From the NCBI GenBank assembly GCA_964270895.1, contig OZ185440.1: a stretch of 64,000 bases of DNA. One strand, 5' to 3'. A program made the position numbers and the translations under genes. This document shows positions 24,290 to 36,583 of this stretch, one piece after another. Position 1 is the first letter of the stretch, and every line of letters begins with the position of its first letter. Under the pieces are notes generated by a model. It made no database searches and was not told where the DNA came from. It saw nothing but the letters and a program-made list of their open reading frames with translations. This DNA comes from Podarcis filfolensis (Eukaryota).

Positions 24290-25301
24290 TATTAGGCGAG
24301 ATGGGCCATGGGGCTGACTTGGTGTAAAGCAGTTCATTATGGAGCTTATGGAGGATCCACTACAGATCACCTCTTATCACAGACAAGCCTTGCAGTCCCT
24401 ACACAAAAGACAAATAATACCAAGGGGAAATGACTAAAACGCTTGCACTAATAGAGTCAAACCAAGGCTGTGTTCACACCATACGTTTAAAGCACCGATC
24501 TCCCCTTTCCAAAGAATCCTGGATACTGTAATTTGCCCCTCATAGAACTACAATTCCCAGTAAAGTACTTCATTCCATTCACACACACATCCAACTTAGT
24601 GCTATGTTGAATGACACCCTTGGCTGTCACATAGTTACAAGAGTGCAGTTTTACATTTAGTGGCTTGAATATTTTTATTTTTGCAGTACATATGTAATAC
24701 AGCCTTTTGCCTTAATTCCATTTTGAGCCCTGCCATCTGCTGCCCAAAGCATTTGTTTCACTCTGCTTAAGAGCCATCCCAGCACACCCCAAAGGTAAAT
24801 TTACAATAAGACCTTTAATAGGAAACCTGCCATGTAAAGCCAAAATACTTGGATTTGAGGTGCCTCGGTTACAGCTCAAGTCAAGAGGATGAAAGTGGGC
24901 TCAATCCAAAAATGAGTTTGTAGACTACAGTTTTAATAATCTTTAAAACAAATATTTAACCATACCTCTGGAATCTTCCCCCCCCCACCTTTTCAAGCAC
25001 TTCTCAGCATTGTTGTATTTACTCTTTGAACACTTCATTGTTGGGCAATGTCCTGATGATATCTTTGCTGTATAATTAGGAACTTCCACGCATAAGCAAT
25101 GTACAGGCCTAGCCCAAGTCTAAAGGCATAAAATAAAATGAAGGTCAGTCACGAGATCCCATGCAGCTGCATCATGCAATATGACGACTAGACAGGCCGT
25201 CTTCATTTTTCTCAAGCAACTCAGTAAATATATCTTGAAGAGAAGCGGGTGCCTCCTGATCTAGCAAGCATGCAGCTCACTACAGAATTTGCCTGCAACT
25301 G

Positions 25302-25912
25302 GGTTAGGAGCAGGTGCCAGGAGCAGGTCAGTAACAACTCACACAGTGTCAGTGAAGTTAACTCTTTATTCATAGGAACAAGACAACTCAGGAGCCCAGG
25401 CCCAGAGATCACAGCAACTCTTCCCAGTAGGTCTTGCCCCAATGAGGCATTTGCAAGGACTAAACTACCCTGTCTTCTCACAGCTCCCTAAGTTTCCTCC
25501 TCCCCTGGTTCCTTCCCAAGCAATCTGAGGCTCCTTCATTTTGTCTGTCTTTGCTCCGCCCTCTTCATACTTCACTGGGTTCTGGGAGACCAGGAGAGAG
25601 GGCAGCTGGTCACTGCAGGAGGGGGAGACAGCTTAGCTTCCTCACCAGCCTGACTCATTGCTGCCTCTTGGCTCCTCTCCTCTCTAGCCTCTGCTTCTGC
25701 CTCTGAGTCTAAACTGCTCTCTGCCCCAGCATCTCCCTGTTCACTAAACCCTGTTACCTCTTCAGCTTCCGACACATCCTCCTCCCATTCTGTTCCTTCT
25801 TCTCCCTCTGACCATGTCCCACCACCAAGCCCCTGGCTCCGAGTCTTCTTCCCTTGAGGGTTCCCCAGCCGGTACCTCCCACCAATCCTCTGCATCCAGC
25901 TGGTCCATGAGA
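25302..25912 (-). mobile_element. Solo LTR (611 bp) of an LTR retrotransposon, with a decayed acidic ORF in U3
   Basis: Minus strand starts T(C)TCATGG and ends CTCCTAACC (decayed TG..CA); AATAAA at 25370-25365; 5-bp TSD aactg/aacta; motifs homologous to the LTR at 43218. Confidence 0.72.
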
Positions 25913-28900
25913 AACTAGTAATATAAAGGAATTCAGCACATCTTCTGTTAATTCATTCACATGTTCCAGGGTTGAGTTCTGGCAGAGTTCATTCAAAATA
26001 AGCCTTGTCAAGAAATGAATACGGCACACTTAGATACATGATGCAACACATGCCTACACTGCTGGCCTTAGTTTGACATTGCTTGTTGGGCTGAAAACGC
26101 AGCACCCTCTGTCCACATCAGGGATCATAGCCTTTTGAGTGATCATCTGCTTATCAGAGAATAGGCAGCCCTGAGACTGGTGAAGAATCACAAACATCTG
26201 CCTATGACCTGCAAACCTCATGAGGATTCCCTCCATCTGGAGAACATCCAAGTCACACAATAGGGTCTATCAAAATGAGGTCATGAATTGCTTCAGAAGA
26301 TAGCAGCAAGGAGCAAATGTAGCCCACATCACGAGCAGAATTATTTGCAAATGAAGCTGGCTATAATATAGCTTTTTCTTTTTTTAAATAAATAAATAAA
26401 TAATTGCAATCCATCCTAATTTTTAGAACATTTGCTGGGATTTCCCCGGGGGGGGGGGGGCAGGACACTAGATACTGTCTTATACCACTAGTCCATTTAG
26501 CTTGGGTGTCGTCCGCACTAGCAGTGGAGAACTGGATTTGTGCGGAGCCAGATTCTGACGTCCCCAACTACCAGGGGCCACTTCGACAGGTGGATGGGAT
26601 GACAGGTGGGAGGGTCACTTTGACAGGTGGGCAGGACTATGTCAAATGAAATGTTTTGCTTTGCCCACACAGTTTGATTTCAATCTATGCAGACGAAGAA
26701 AGTCTTTCCCTGCGGAGCGAACTGTAAGCGACCGTCAGCTAATCAGTGCTTACAGCAAATCCCACTTTCAGAAGGGATTAGCTGCACTAAGGAGCTCCCA
26801 GTTGGGAACATTCTGCATGCGAAGCAGATGCTCTGCTGCCGATAGGGAAATCTGTAGTGCAGCTGATCCCTGCATGACTTGCTTGGGGTGCCAACCAGAT
26901 GATCAGTGCTTAACAGCAAGCCTCGCTTTGCCAAGGAGCAATTGGGAGCACACTTTAAGGCTCCCCACTGTTTATTTGCAGCTGCATCTTTACCTGCTCC
27001 ACACCTGATATCACATGTGAACATCACGTGTGGAGCAGATGGACATGGTTCGGAAAGAACAGCCTTACAGGCCCAATTGGGATTCCCTGTTGGGCTTAAT
27101 TTGAGCTGTGGAATAGAGGTCTCCCACTGCTGATCTGCATGGAATGGCAGTGGCTTTTCAGGATTTCAGACACAAATCTCTCCTAGCCTTAACCTGGAGA
27201 TGCCAATAATTGAACCTGGAAGTTTCTGCATGCCAAGCAGATACTCTGCCATTGAGCTATGCCCGTTCCCTGAAGTTTGCTTGCTCTAAAAGTTAAGACT
27301 GCAAGGTACTGATACATTTCCTTTACTGTGTTAGAAAAATGCAGAGGGAAAAGAGCCAAACAGTGTGCCTGAAAGGGCACATGCAACAATTAATGACACA
27401 AACCTCATTCTTTTAATATCTTCAGCCATTTTTCTACACGTTTTAATAGGAACCTTAACATCAAAACAAGTCCTGCTTTCTGCAGGACTTGTCTTCATGC
27501 TTGACAAATGTTTGAAGGAGCTCAAGAGTTTGCTCACACCACTGGTCTCTGAAGCCATATACTCACAAGGTTAGCCACAATCCACATCAATCCTGTCGTT
27601 TCTTGAGACATAGTGTGGTTTGATGAATTTCTCCCAGTGGCGGCACCAGAAAGATAAAAAAGGTGGGTGGTGGTGGGTGGAGAGAGAATGGAAACAGAAG
27701 TGCAAGGCTTGTTTGTGATTAGAGGTATTCCATAGTGAATCACCAACAGAGCCAGCCCACCAATGAGGCACAGGGAACCATCCGCCTCAGGCAGCAGAAG
27801 CACAAGAGGCATCGCCCTGCCTGCCCCACTGGTGCCGCTACCGCTAGAATGTCTTCTGCTGCCCCCCGTCCCCACCCCACCCTATTTTGCATGTAGTCCA
27901 CCCATCTCCAGTCCATCATTGATTCCTTTGCTTATGGCAGAGGCAGCGACAGTGATGGAGAGAAAAGATGGTGTGAGAGGAACATGCAGTGGGGCAGAGC
28001 ACTGTAGATGCCTGTATGGTTTCTCAGAGCATACCTGATGTGGGGCAGGCTCCATTTGCCACCATGAGCGGCTTGACAAGGGGCAGTGGGGCAGTTGCTG
28101 ATGGCCCTCCATAAGCAGCCAATTACAAGGCTTATATAACAAACGTCCTTCTTTGCCCGTTCTTTGTACACCGGACACTTAATCCCAAGGGGTTTTCAGC
28201 CAGTGTTGTGGCCTGTGGTTTAGCATTCAGGATCTTGCATTTCATTGAGAGGTATTACGTGTGCGCATGGATTATCAGACAAATATGACAACCTACCCCC
28301 AGGGCACTCTCGTGTGCCAAAGCATTTAGTCAGTTCTTGCTTAGCTCAGAGCCTATCAATTATGTAAGAATATATTCCAGACCTTGAATAGAAACCTCAT
28401 TGTCCGCTGGTTGTACCATAAAGAGGGCTCCTGAGTCAGACGTAGCTTTTGGCATGCCAGGTGGAGAGAACGGAGCCAGCATTGAGATTTGCACCATTTC
28501 ATAACCATCCCCGTCGCATGCTGAGCTCCCCACACTGCACTTTCCTGTTGCAGCTCTTGAAGTGCTTTTTAAAAAGAGACAAGCATCAAAGCAATTGTGG
28601 GATTTAAAGCACGGAGAGGTGATATGATTTTTCTCATGAGTATTCGCTAGATTGGTCGTAATAGAATCCCAAAGGCTGTACGGTACATTTTCTTGAATTC
28701 CCCAGTGTCTTTTTTTTTTTTAAAAAAAGCTGTGCGACTTTAGATGGTGATGTGAGGGGGGCAGAAGTGGAGCGCACACACACTACAATATTTTCTAGCA
28801 AACCTTTCCATTCCTTGTGTAACTAAGGCCGCATCCATCCAAACACTAATGCTTCAGTGCGTTTTTAAAATCCCACTTTCTTTCACAGAGCACGTGCCAG

Positions 28901-29137
28901 GGATTCTTGGGGTGATGGTAGGTGGAGCTCAAGAACTTGTGGAGGGTCAGTTTCCCCGTTCCTAGTTTACATGCACAGATGGGAACCTGTGACCCTCCAG
29001 ACGTTGGCCTCCACCTCCCATCAGTCCCAGCCACCATAGCCGTTGGTCAGGAATGATGGCAACATAAGAGCAACATAACAGCCCTGCTGGATCAGGCCAA
29101 AGGCCCAGGTCGTCCAATATCCTGTTGCCACAGTGAA

Positions 29138-29182
29138 CATACCCTCCAACATTTCTCCAAAGAAAATAGGGACACCCTATTC

Positions 29183-29228
<46 letters not shown>

Positions 29229-29501
29229 TCCCACCCATCTGACTGTGTTGCCTTAGTCACTCAGGGCAGATTCCAACATATATAAAACATAATAAAACAT
29301 TAAACATTAAAAAACTTTGCTATACATATGTCTTCTAAAGGTTGCATAGTTACTTATCTCCTTGGCTCAGGGGTTGCATAACTCCATACCCTCCAACATT
29401 TCTCCTATGAAAATAGGGACATCTGAAGGAAAATCAGAAATGAGGACAACTTGTTTAAATTCAGGACTGTCCCTGGAAAATAGGGACACTTAGAGGGTCT
29501 G
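29138..29501. mobile_element. Composite hAT-type MITE with a duplicated left end enclosing an L2 3' tail and (AAT)n
   Basis: CATACCCTCCAACATTTCTCC..GAAAATAGGGACA at 29138 and 29385; right end GGGACACTTAGAGGGTCTG; middle homologous to 61698-61810. Confidence 0.7.
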
Positions 29502-30707
29502 CAGGTGTCAATGGAATGGCCTCCAGCAGGACCCAAGGCAGACAGTGCTCTCCTCACCTGTAATCCTCTCTTAAAAACCGAAAAGGCAACACAGGAGATA
29601 CTGCACACAGCACTCTGGGATACTGCCATGTGATTTACTTTTTACAGACCTTTATCCTATATGATGAGGAGGAGAGGATGTGCTTTTGTACATAAAAAGC
29701 AAGCGGGCATTCCAGAAGGGGCTGCCTAATGCAATTTTGCCTTTCCCCGTGTGAAGGCAGGGTTAAGAAACCTGATTATTGTTGTCTTATGCGTATCCAT
29801 CCCTCTCTAGGTCAACTGATTATTTGATGAAGGCCAAAACATGTGAAGACTGCACTGCTTCATCACAGACATTGACTGGTCCGAACAAAAATCCTCTAAT
29901 ACTGCCCCCTGGAGTACAGATTTTACTATGACATGTAGAGATTACATTCAAAGCACATTCAACACACGTTTAAAGCAAACTCCTGGGAACTGTTTGCTAA
30001 GGAGAATGATAGCTCTGTGAGGGGAAAACTACAGTTCCCAGAATTCTTGTGGGATGGGGAGTAATGTGCTTTAAATGTGCATTCAATGTTCCCCTGAGAC
30101 ATGAAAGAGCTCACTGAACTCTCCGTGACCTAACGTATGCAAAACTTTTATCAAGTAACCCATCCTTGGGACTGGTAGTTCTAAACAGCTGCTGGAGACG
30201 ATCCTCAGTAAAATTAAGTATTAAAAAACCAAAAAAAAATCAAAACACCGTGATGACACAGGGACTACTAGGGTAATTATAGGGTTGGGCAGCTGTCATA
30301 ACTTCCTTACTAAGCTTGATTTTACTTGCCCAGCCCAGGTACAATCCCAGGTTGTACGTCTGCATATTGCAAAGGGTTTTCTAAGAACTATTACTTTCAA
30401 GAACTTATATAATACAGGCATGAACTGGTTCTGTTAGATCAAAATCTCACATAGGATTCTGCTTAGCTTCCTCTTTAAATTAAAGTTCATATTAATCTCA
30501 CAGGACTAAGACAAAAGCTGTCTCCTGTTTTGGGGTCTTTGATGGCAGACCCAGAAAGGACACAGCAACACGGTCAAGGCTAGCCCACAAAAATTAGGCA
30601 AGAGCAGTTCTCGTGACCCACAATGCTCTCATTCATCAAAAATATCTGGGGATGGGGAGGGAATGCAAGTTGCACAGGGCAGACCGGTGCTGGCAGAAGC
30701 CCTTTGG

Positions 30708-31081
30708 CAGTGGTCAGCAAGCTTACCATGCCTCAGGCTGGTGTCTCCAGTGCCAATCGTGCGGCGGGCCAGAGGACAGCGGAGCGCATGCCCATACACG
30801 TGCGCACATGCTATTTCCAGCACACTTCCAGGTCGGAGGAGCACCGGAAATAGCTTGTGCGCATGTGCACGGGCCTCATCCAACCCAGATGTGCACCAGA
30901 AATAACGCTTGCGCATGCGCACAAGCTATTTCCAGTGCTCCTCTGACCCAGAAGTGGGCAGCCGCGCAGCACAGCGCCGGTAAGAGCAGGCGTGGCAGTG
31001 AGCGGTGAGGTTCGTTGCGGGTCGGATAAATGAGTCCCTCGGGCCTTATCCGGCCCGCGGACCTTACTTTGGGGACCCCTG
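30708..31081. mobile_element. hAT MITE (374 bp), CpG-rich
   Basis: CAGTGGTCAGCAA...TTTGGGGACCCCTG; TSD ccctttgg/cccttagg. Confidence 0.8.
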
Positions 31082-32226
31082 CCCTTAGGTCTCCAACCAA
31101 AGCCAGACATCAGTTCAGAGGGGGTGGGGAGGTAAAGCAGACTAAAATGACAAAAGGAATCAATGATTGCTTAAATCTGAGTCTCCTGTAAACACAAATG
31201 CTGTTGTCTTTCAACCTGAAAGACAGCAGGATTATTTGAAACCAAGATGCCAGAAACTTACTTCTATAAAAAAACCAAAAATTTGCATTTAAGCACTTTT
31301 AACCCCCACCCACCCTTTGCAGAATCCTAGGTTTAATTCCATCTCCCCCACCCCCTAGTTTAACTGTATCTCATATCCAGACAGAGGGACAAACTTGCCC
31401 TCAGCAGGAAGTTGCAAAGACATATGTGAATTTGGCTTGAGATTCACAAACCAGGGCCTGTTTGTTTTAAAAAGATCATTGATCTCTCTTGTCCCAAGTG
31501 GCCATAATTGGGCAGTAGATTCCAGAAAGCTGAGAGGGATGAATGGCCTCAGAGTTGTCACTTCTGTACACATAAAGATAAATGCAAGGTTTTCCATCTG
31601 GCCTTGTGCTTGGTCTGGCAATTTGTCACCCAGCATCAGCAGCCACTGGGATATCTCACGCATTTGGTGACACCCCCAAATCATCTCCATTCCACTTTTC
31701 TTCAACTTATACCCTTCAATAGCTGTGGTGTAGAATTTTAAAGAAGGAACTTTGTTTCATACCCGGCAAAAGTCTGCTAAACTTAGCAAGCAAATAGCCT
31801 AGATTAAAGGACTATGACAATTTTATCTGCAAAATACATCTATAAAGAACACACCCATTATATTTGATTATTTGATAAAGTATTAGAGCAGGATTGATGT
31901 AATATTCTTATTGTCAGTGTTGGCTGCCAAGGAGTTTTTGTTGTGTTGTTATTCGTTTTTGCTCCTTTTCATTTCAATTTCAAATATTAAAAATTGTTGT
32001 TTTTAAGTATTGAAGCAGGAAATCTGGTACTGGAGCCAAACAGAGGTCCGCTCTGTTAGCAGGTACTATTTTGGAGTGCAAAATATTGATACCATTAACA
32101 TGCAATGATCTTTCCTCCTTGCAATCCGGCTAGCAAATGAACACCAAGTGATGACTTGCATGGGAAGGTACATTTGCACATATTAACCCCACAGGTTGAT
32201 GTTTCAGCTCATCTAGGGTCTTAAAC

Positions 32227-32341
32227 CATGGGCGAGGAACCTGAAGACCTCCAGATATTGTGGGACTCCAACTTCCATCAGCTCCAGCCAGCATGGTCAA
32301 TGGTCAAGAATTATGGGAGGGTCACATGTTCCTCACCCTTG
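32227..32341. mobile_element. Internally deleted palindromic hAT MITE (115 bp)
   Basis: Perfect 8-bp TSD tcttaaac on both sides; same family as 12176. Confidence 0.8.
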
Positions 32342-32639
32342 TCTTAAACAGACCACTTGCACTGTCTGCCAAGTCATAAAAACTTAAGAAGAGCCCAGCT
32401 GTATGAGACCAAAGGACTGTGTAAGCCAAGTTCCCACAGTGGCCAACCAGATACATATCGGAAACCCAAAGCCAGATATGAGCACAATAGCTGTTTCCCA
32501 CTGGTATTCAGAGGCACATCGCCTCTAATCCTTGAGACAAGATACAACCATTGTGACCATTGGCAGCCTTATTTCCATGACTCATCAAGTATATATTCTG
32601 TCCTCTTATCTACACAGGCAACAGTATTCCAGGACTTCA

Positions 32640-33165
32640 TGGCATCAACAGCTGAGCCACTGGAGGTCATGCATCTGCTCAATCCGCAACACAATATATA
32701 TGCCGTTAATTTGCCAACAGTGCCTGCAAAGGACTAACAAGGCAAGAATAAATGGATGTTCAAATGTGGCTGAATGAAGTCACTCCTCTTCAACATAGAA
32801 ACTTCAAAGGGAGAGTTCAACCTGAAATTGCGGAACTAGAATTTATCAGCAAGCTTGACAGTATTTGTTTAGGACTCAGGCTCTTCTACTACAGGTTTTA
32901 AATTAGCAGGACACAGTTAGAAATACAGTGTTATCACCAAATGCTGTTGTTATGGATTGTAGCTGTGCTTATCTTGTATACATTTCAGCTTTGCATGGAA
33001 GTACCACATGCTTTCTCTCTTGTATTTCATGGCCTTTTAGCCTCATTGTTTACATTCCCCCCTCTAAACCCATTTACGTGTATGTATCCTTGTATATGGG
33101 CATATATAATCTGCTAACTCAGGATAAGACTTCATGCGTCTGATGACGTGGACATGAAGGCCACA
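32640..33165 (+). mobile_element. Penelope-like element 3' fragment (GIY-YIG endonuclease remnant plus terminal region)
   Basis: Decayed peptides C..NTIY..ICQQC...ARING and LQHRNFKGRVQPEIAELEFISKLDSICLGL; CTGATGA-c-GTGGAC...GCCAC hammerhead relic at 33140. Confidence 0.7.
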
Positions 33166-34007
33166 ATGATTCCACCCCCCTTATTCCGTTCAGTTTACGA
33201 GCCTCCTATAAAAAAGCTGGCAAAATTAAAACAAACTTGGTAACACCATAAATCAATAAAGCCAGCCTCACAATAAATAAAACCCAGTCACAAAATACAA
33301 CACAGCCACAAGTCAAAACCCAAGCAAGCATACAAAACCCAGCTCAATTGCCATTATGTCGCAGAGAATAAAATTATCATCATCAGCGATGCTAAAGGCA
33401 ATTAAGAGATGTTAAAAGACCTGGGAGAACAAGAGGGGGCTTACCTGGCTGGCACTGAAAAGTAGGTATTTCACAGGCAAGCAAGAAGCATGAAAGGGGC
33501 TGGGGAAAACATTCCAGCTAAGCCTGTAAAAGGGGGGGGGGTGGTCTGGAGAGTCCCAAGGGCCAAACAGAGATCTCCAGAAAGCCACATTTCTCCCCAG
33601 GCTTAACTTTATAGCCATAAAAAATTGATGCTTAATTTTTTTAAGCTCTCCCTACCCCCACACTTTGTATGCTTAAGTTTGCAGCTAGTATCAAAGTGCT
33701 TCCAGAGCGAGGCTGCACTCACAACTGGACTGTCGTTCATCATCATCTGGAAAGGCTCCATTTAGTTTTAGACGAAAGAGCAGCTCTCCTGCAAAGCAGG
33801 ATTTGGCATATTTTACACCACTCATTCTCCTGTTTTATTATTTCCAGCAGCAGGTGACAGCACGCCCTTCGTTACAGTCACTCACCCCATGTGCAAATAG
33901 GCACTCCTATTCAACAAAACAATGCCAAAGCTGTCCCAAGTGGCACAGCTTGTACTAGAACAAGGCACAGGTTTAAGAACAGCCAATAAGGACCTACTAG
34001 GGCTGCA

Positions 34008-34360
34008 GGGACGCGGGTGGCGCTGTGGGTAAAACCTCAGTGCCTAGGACTTGCTGATCGCAAGGTCGGCGTTTCGAATCCCCGTGGCGGGGTGAGCTCC
34101 CGTCTTTCGGTCCCAGCTCCTGCCCACCTAGCAGTTCAAAAGCACCCCTAAGCGCAAGTAGATAAATAGGTACCGCTTTATAGTGGGAAGGTAAACAGCG
34201 TTTCCGTGTGCTGCGCTGGTGCTGGCTCGCCAGAGCAGCTTCGTCACGCTGGCCACGTGACCCGGAAGTGTCTCCGGACAGCGCTGGCCCCCAGCCTCTT
34301 AAGTGAGATGGGCGCACAACCCTAGAGTCGGACACGACTGGCCCGTACGGGCAGGGTACC
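34008..34360 (+). mobile_element. Sauria SINE (Squam1-type), full length
   Basis: GGGACGCGGGTGGCGCTGTGG head, B box GTTTCGAATCC, BovB-like tail GAGTCGGACACGACTG; TSD CTAGGGCTG(C/G)A. Confidence 0.92.
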
Positions 34361-34940
34361 TAGGGCTGGAGTCACAAGGACAGCAAGGGGAAGGGAAGGA
34401 TAACATTTCAAACTGGATTACAGAGGGACAACATGTATAGACTGAAATCATGCTGCACAAATGTGGGATTTGGTATTGGGCATAGCATTCAGTTTTAACA
34501 ACAGGCTTTCCATTTGTGTGAAGCTTGTAAAGATGTGAACAGTTTCGGGTGAAATGTCATTTGCAAGATTGGACCAGGCAGGCTTTCCAATGTTAGCTGT
34601 GCGAAAGATGCCCCATTGCGCAACCCACGCATGTCAAACACAAACCGAGAATCGAGCAAGCAAAAAACCATTACAGAGATTTCAAGAATTTACATTTATG
34701 ACTTCGGCCTCCAAATTAGTATTATGCACACACATTCTTGACCACACCGTACTGTTTATGGCAAGCTGTATTCTGTGGCTATCCATCAAAATAAATCCGT
34801 TATGCACGCAAAAGAAAATATTGAGCTATGCAGTGGCAAGAGGGGACGGCAAGGCAGTCAAAACCTTATTCATGTGGACTAGGACTTGAAACAGACGTGG
34901 AGAAGTGGAGATGGTTGCTGCAAAAGTAGGATAAGGAGGT

Positions 34941-35400
34941 AACCAGTGTGATGTAGTGGTTAGAGTGTCAGACTAGGACCTGGAAGACCAGGGTTCAAAT
35001 TCCCATTTGGCCAAGTAGTTCACTGGGCGGCTTTGCAGCAATCACCACCTCTCAGCCTAATTTACCTCACAGGGTTGTAGTGAGGATTGAAGAAGAGGAG
35101 GAGGAGTTTGGTCTTGATATCCCGCTTTATCACTACCCTAAGCAGTCTCAAAGTGGCTAACATTCTCCTTTCCCTTCCTCCCCCACAACAAACACTCTGT
35201 GAGGTGAGTGGGGCTGAGAGACTTCAGAGAAGTGTGACTGGCCCAAGGTCACCCAGCAGCTGCAGGTGGAGGAGCGGAGACACGAACCCGGTTCACTAGA
35301 TTACGAGACTACCGCTCTTAACCACTACACCATACTGAAGAGGGGGAGAAGCATAAGCTCCTTGGAGAAAATAGTAGCATATAAATACAATATATAAAAA
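34941..35400 (+). mobile_element. Older tRNA/CORE SINE interrupted by a younger SINE
   Basis: Head CCAGTGTGATGTAGTGGTTAGAG..GGGTTCAAATTCCC and core TACCTCACAGGGTTGTAGTGAGG; the tail resumes after 35337. Confidence 0.65.
35089..35337 (-). mobile_element. Squam3-like SINE nested in the older SINE
   Basis: Reverse complement of 16021-16276 with few differences. Confidence 0.85.
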
Positions 35401-36349
35401 TATATAACAACAACAATCGGGCATGACAAGGCAGGCAAGGATTAAATGAATACCAACAAAGCAGCTACTGCTATCTTTCTACACTCTTCTAAAGTATTTT
35501 GCCTGATCTCTTGTTCAACCAGTGATATTAGCTGCATAGATGAGCAATGGTGACCAGCTTGTTGTGCTTAAGAACCTAATGAAGTCACTGAAAGCTTTGC
35601 TACAGCAGGATTGTAAACACGGAAAGAAGATTGATCTACACCTAACATCTGTGTTAAAGGTCCTTCATTCCCCAACTTGTTTCAGTTATTGAGCCAAGAA
35701 TGAACGGCATTAGCTTAGTACCCAAGCACTGGGGGAAAAGATGGAAAGACTCATAAAAGGAGTCACAACCACAGGTGCACTTTCATCAAAATTACTTTCA
35801 CACATTCAATACTCCTGGATCAGTTCCTTAAACCAAACTAATGGGATACAATTTTAAGGTTTCTTCCCTCTGGTGGTTTTCGATGCATTGGGTCATACTT
35901 CTGTCTCCATTTGTGCTCAAGTGATTTATTTGGCCCATAAATTAGTGAGCTTCAATGTTACTACGACTGCCAAAAAAAGTTAATTTGCATGAACAAACAT
36001 TAACCCAAACTGCAAAAGCAGTAATGCAGAAAGCTCAAAAAGCCAAGATGCTCCTTCGTACAGAAACAAGCAATTCAGAGGTTGAGGTACGCCCTCTGCT
36101 GCTTTAGATTATGTATACAGCTACGGATGTAAACTCTTCACCCTGCATTGAGTAACATTTGGCTATATGCTCCTTCTGCTAATATTAACAGGGACATTTA
36201 GAATTAACTATAGTCTTGTTTCCCACAGACGAGAATTGTTTTGCAAAAAGCCAAAAACTGTCTAAAGCAGATACCCAAGTATATTTTGAAGCAGAAGTGG
36301 AAAGCCATGTACAATTTTGCCTGATTTGCTAGGCAAACCATGTTCTGTA

Positions 36350-36583
36350 CAGTGGTACCTCGGGATGTGAACGAGATCCATTCCAGAGCCCCGTTCGCAT
36401 CCTGAAGCGAACATAACAAGCGACGGCGCGTCTGCGCGTGTTGCCGCTTCCGCGCATGACATCATTTTGAGCGTCTGCGCATGCGGCAAAACCCGGAAGT
36501 AATGCACTCCATTATTCCGGGTAGCCGCGGAGCACAACTCGAACGCACTCAACCCGAAGCACATTCAACCAGAGGTATGACTG
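36350..36583. mobile_element. Tigger-like MITE (234 bp), CpG-rich
   Basis: TA|CAGTGGTACCTCGG...CAGAGGTATGACTG|TA. Confidence 0.88.
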
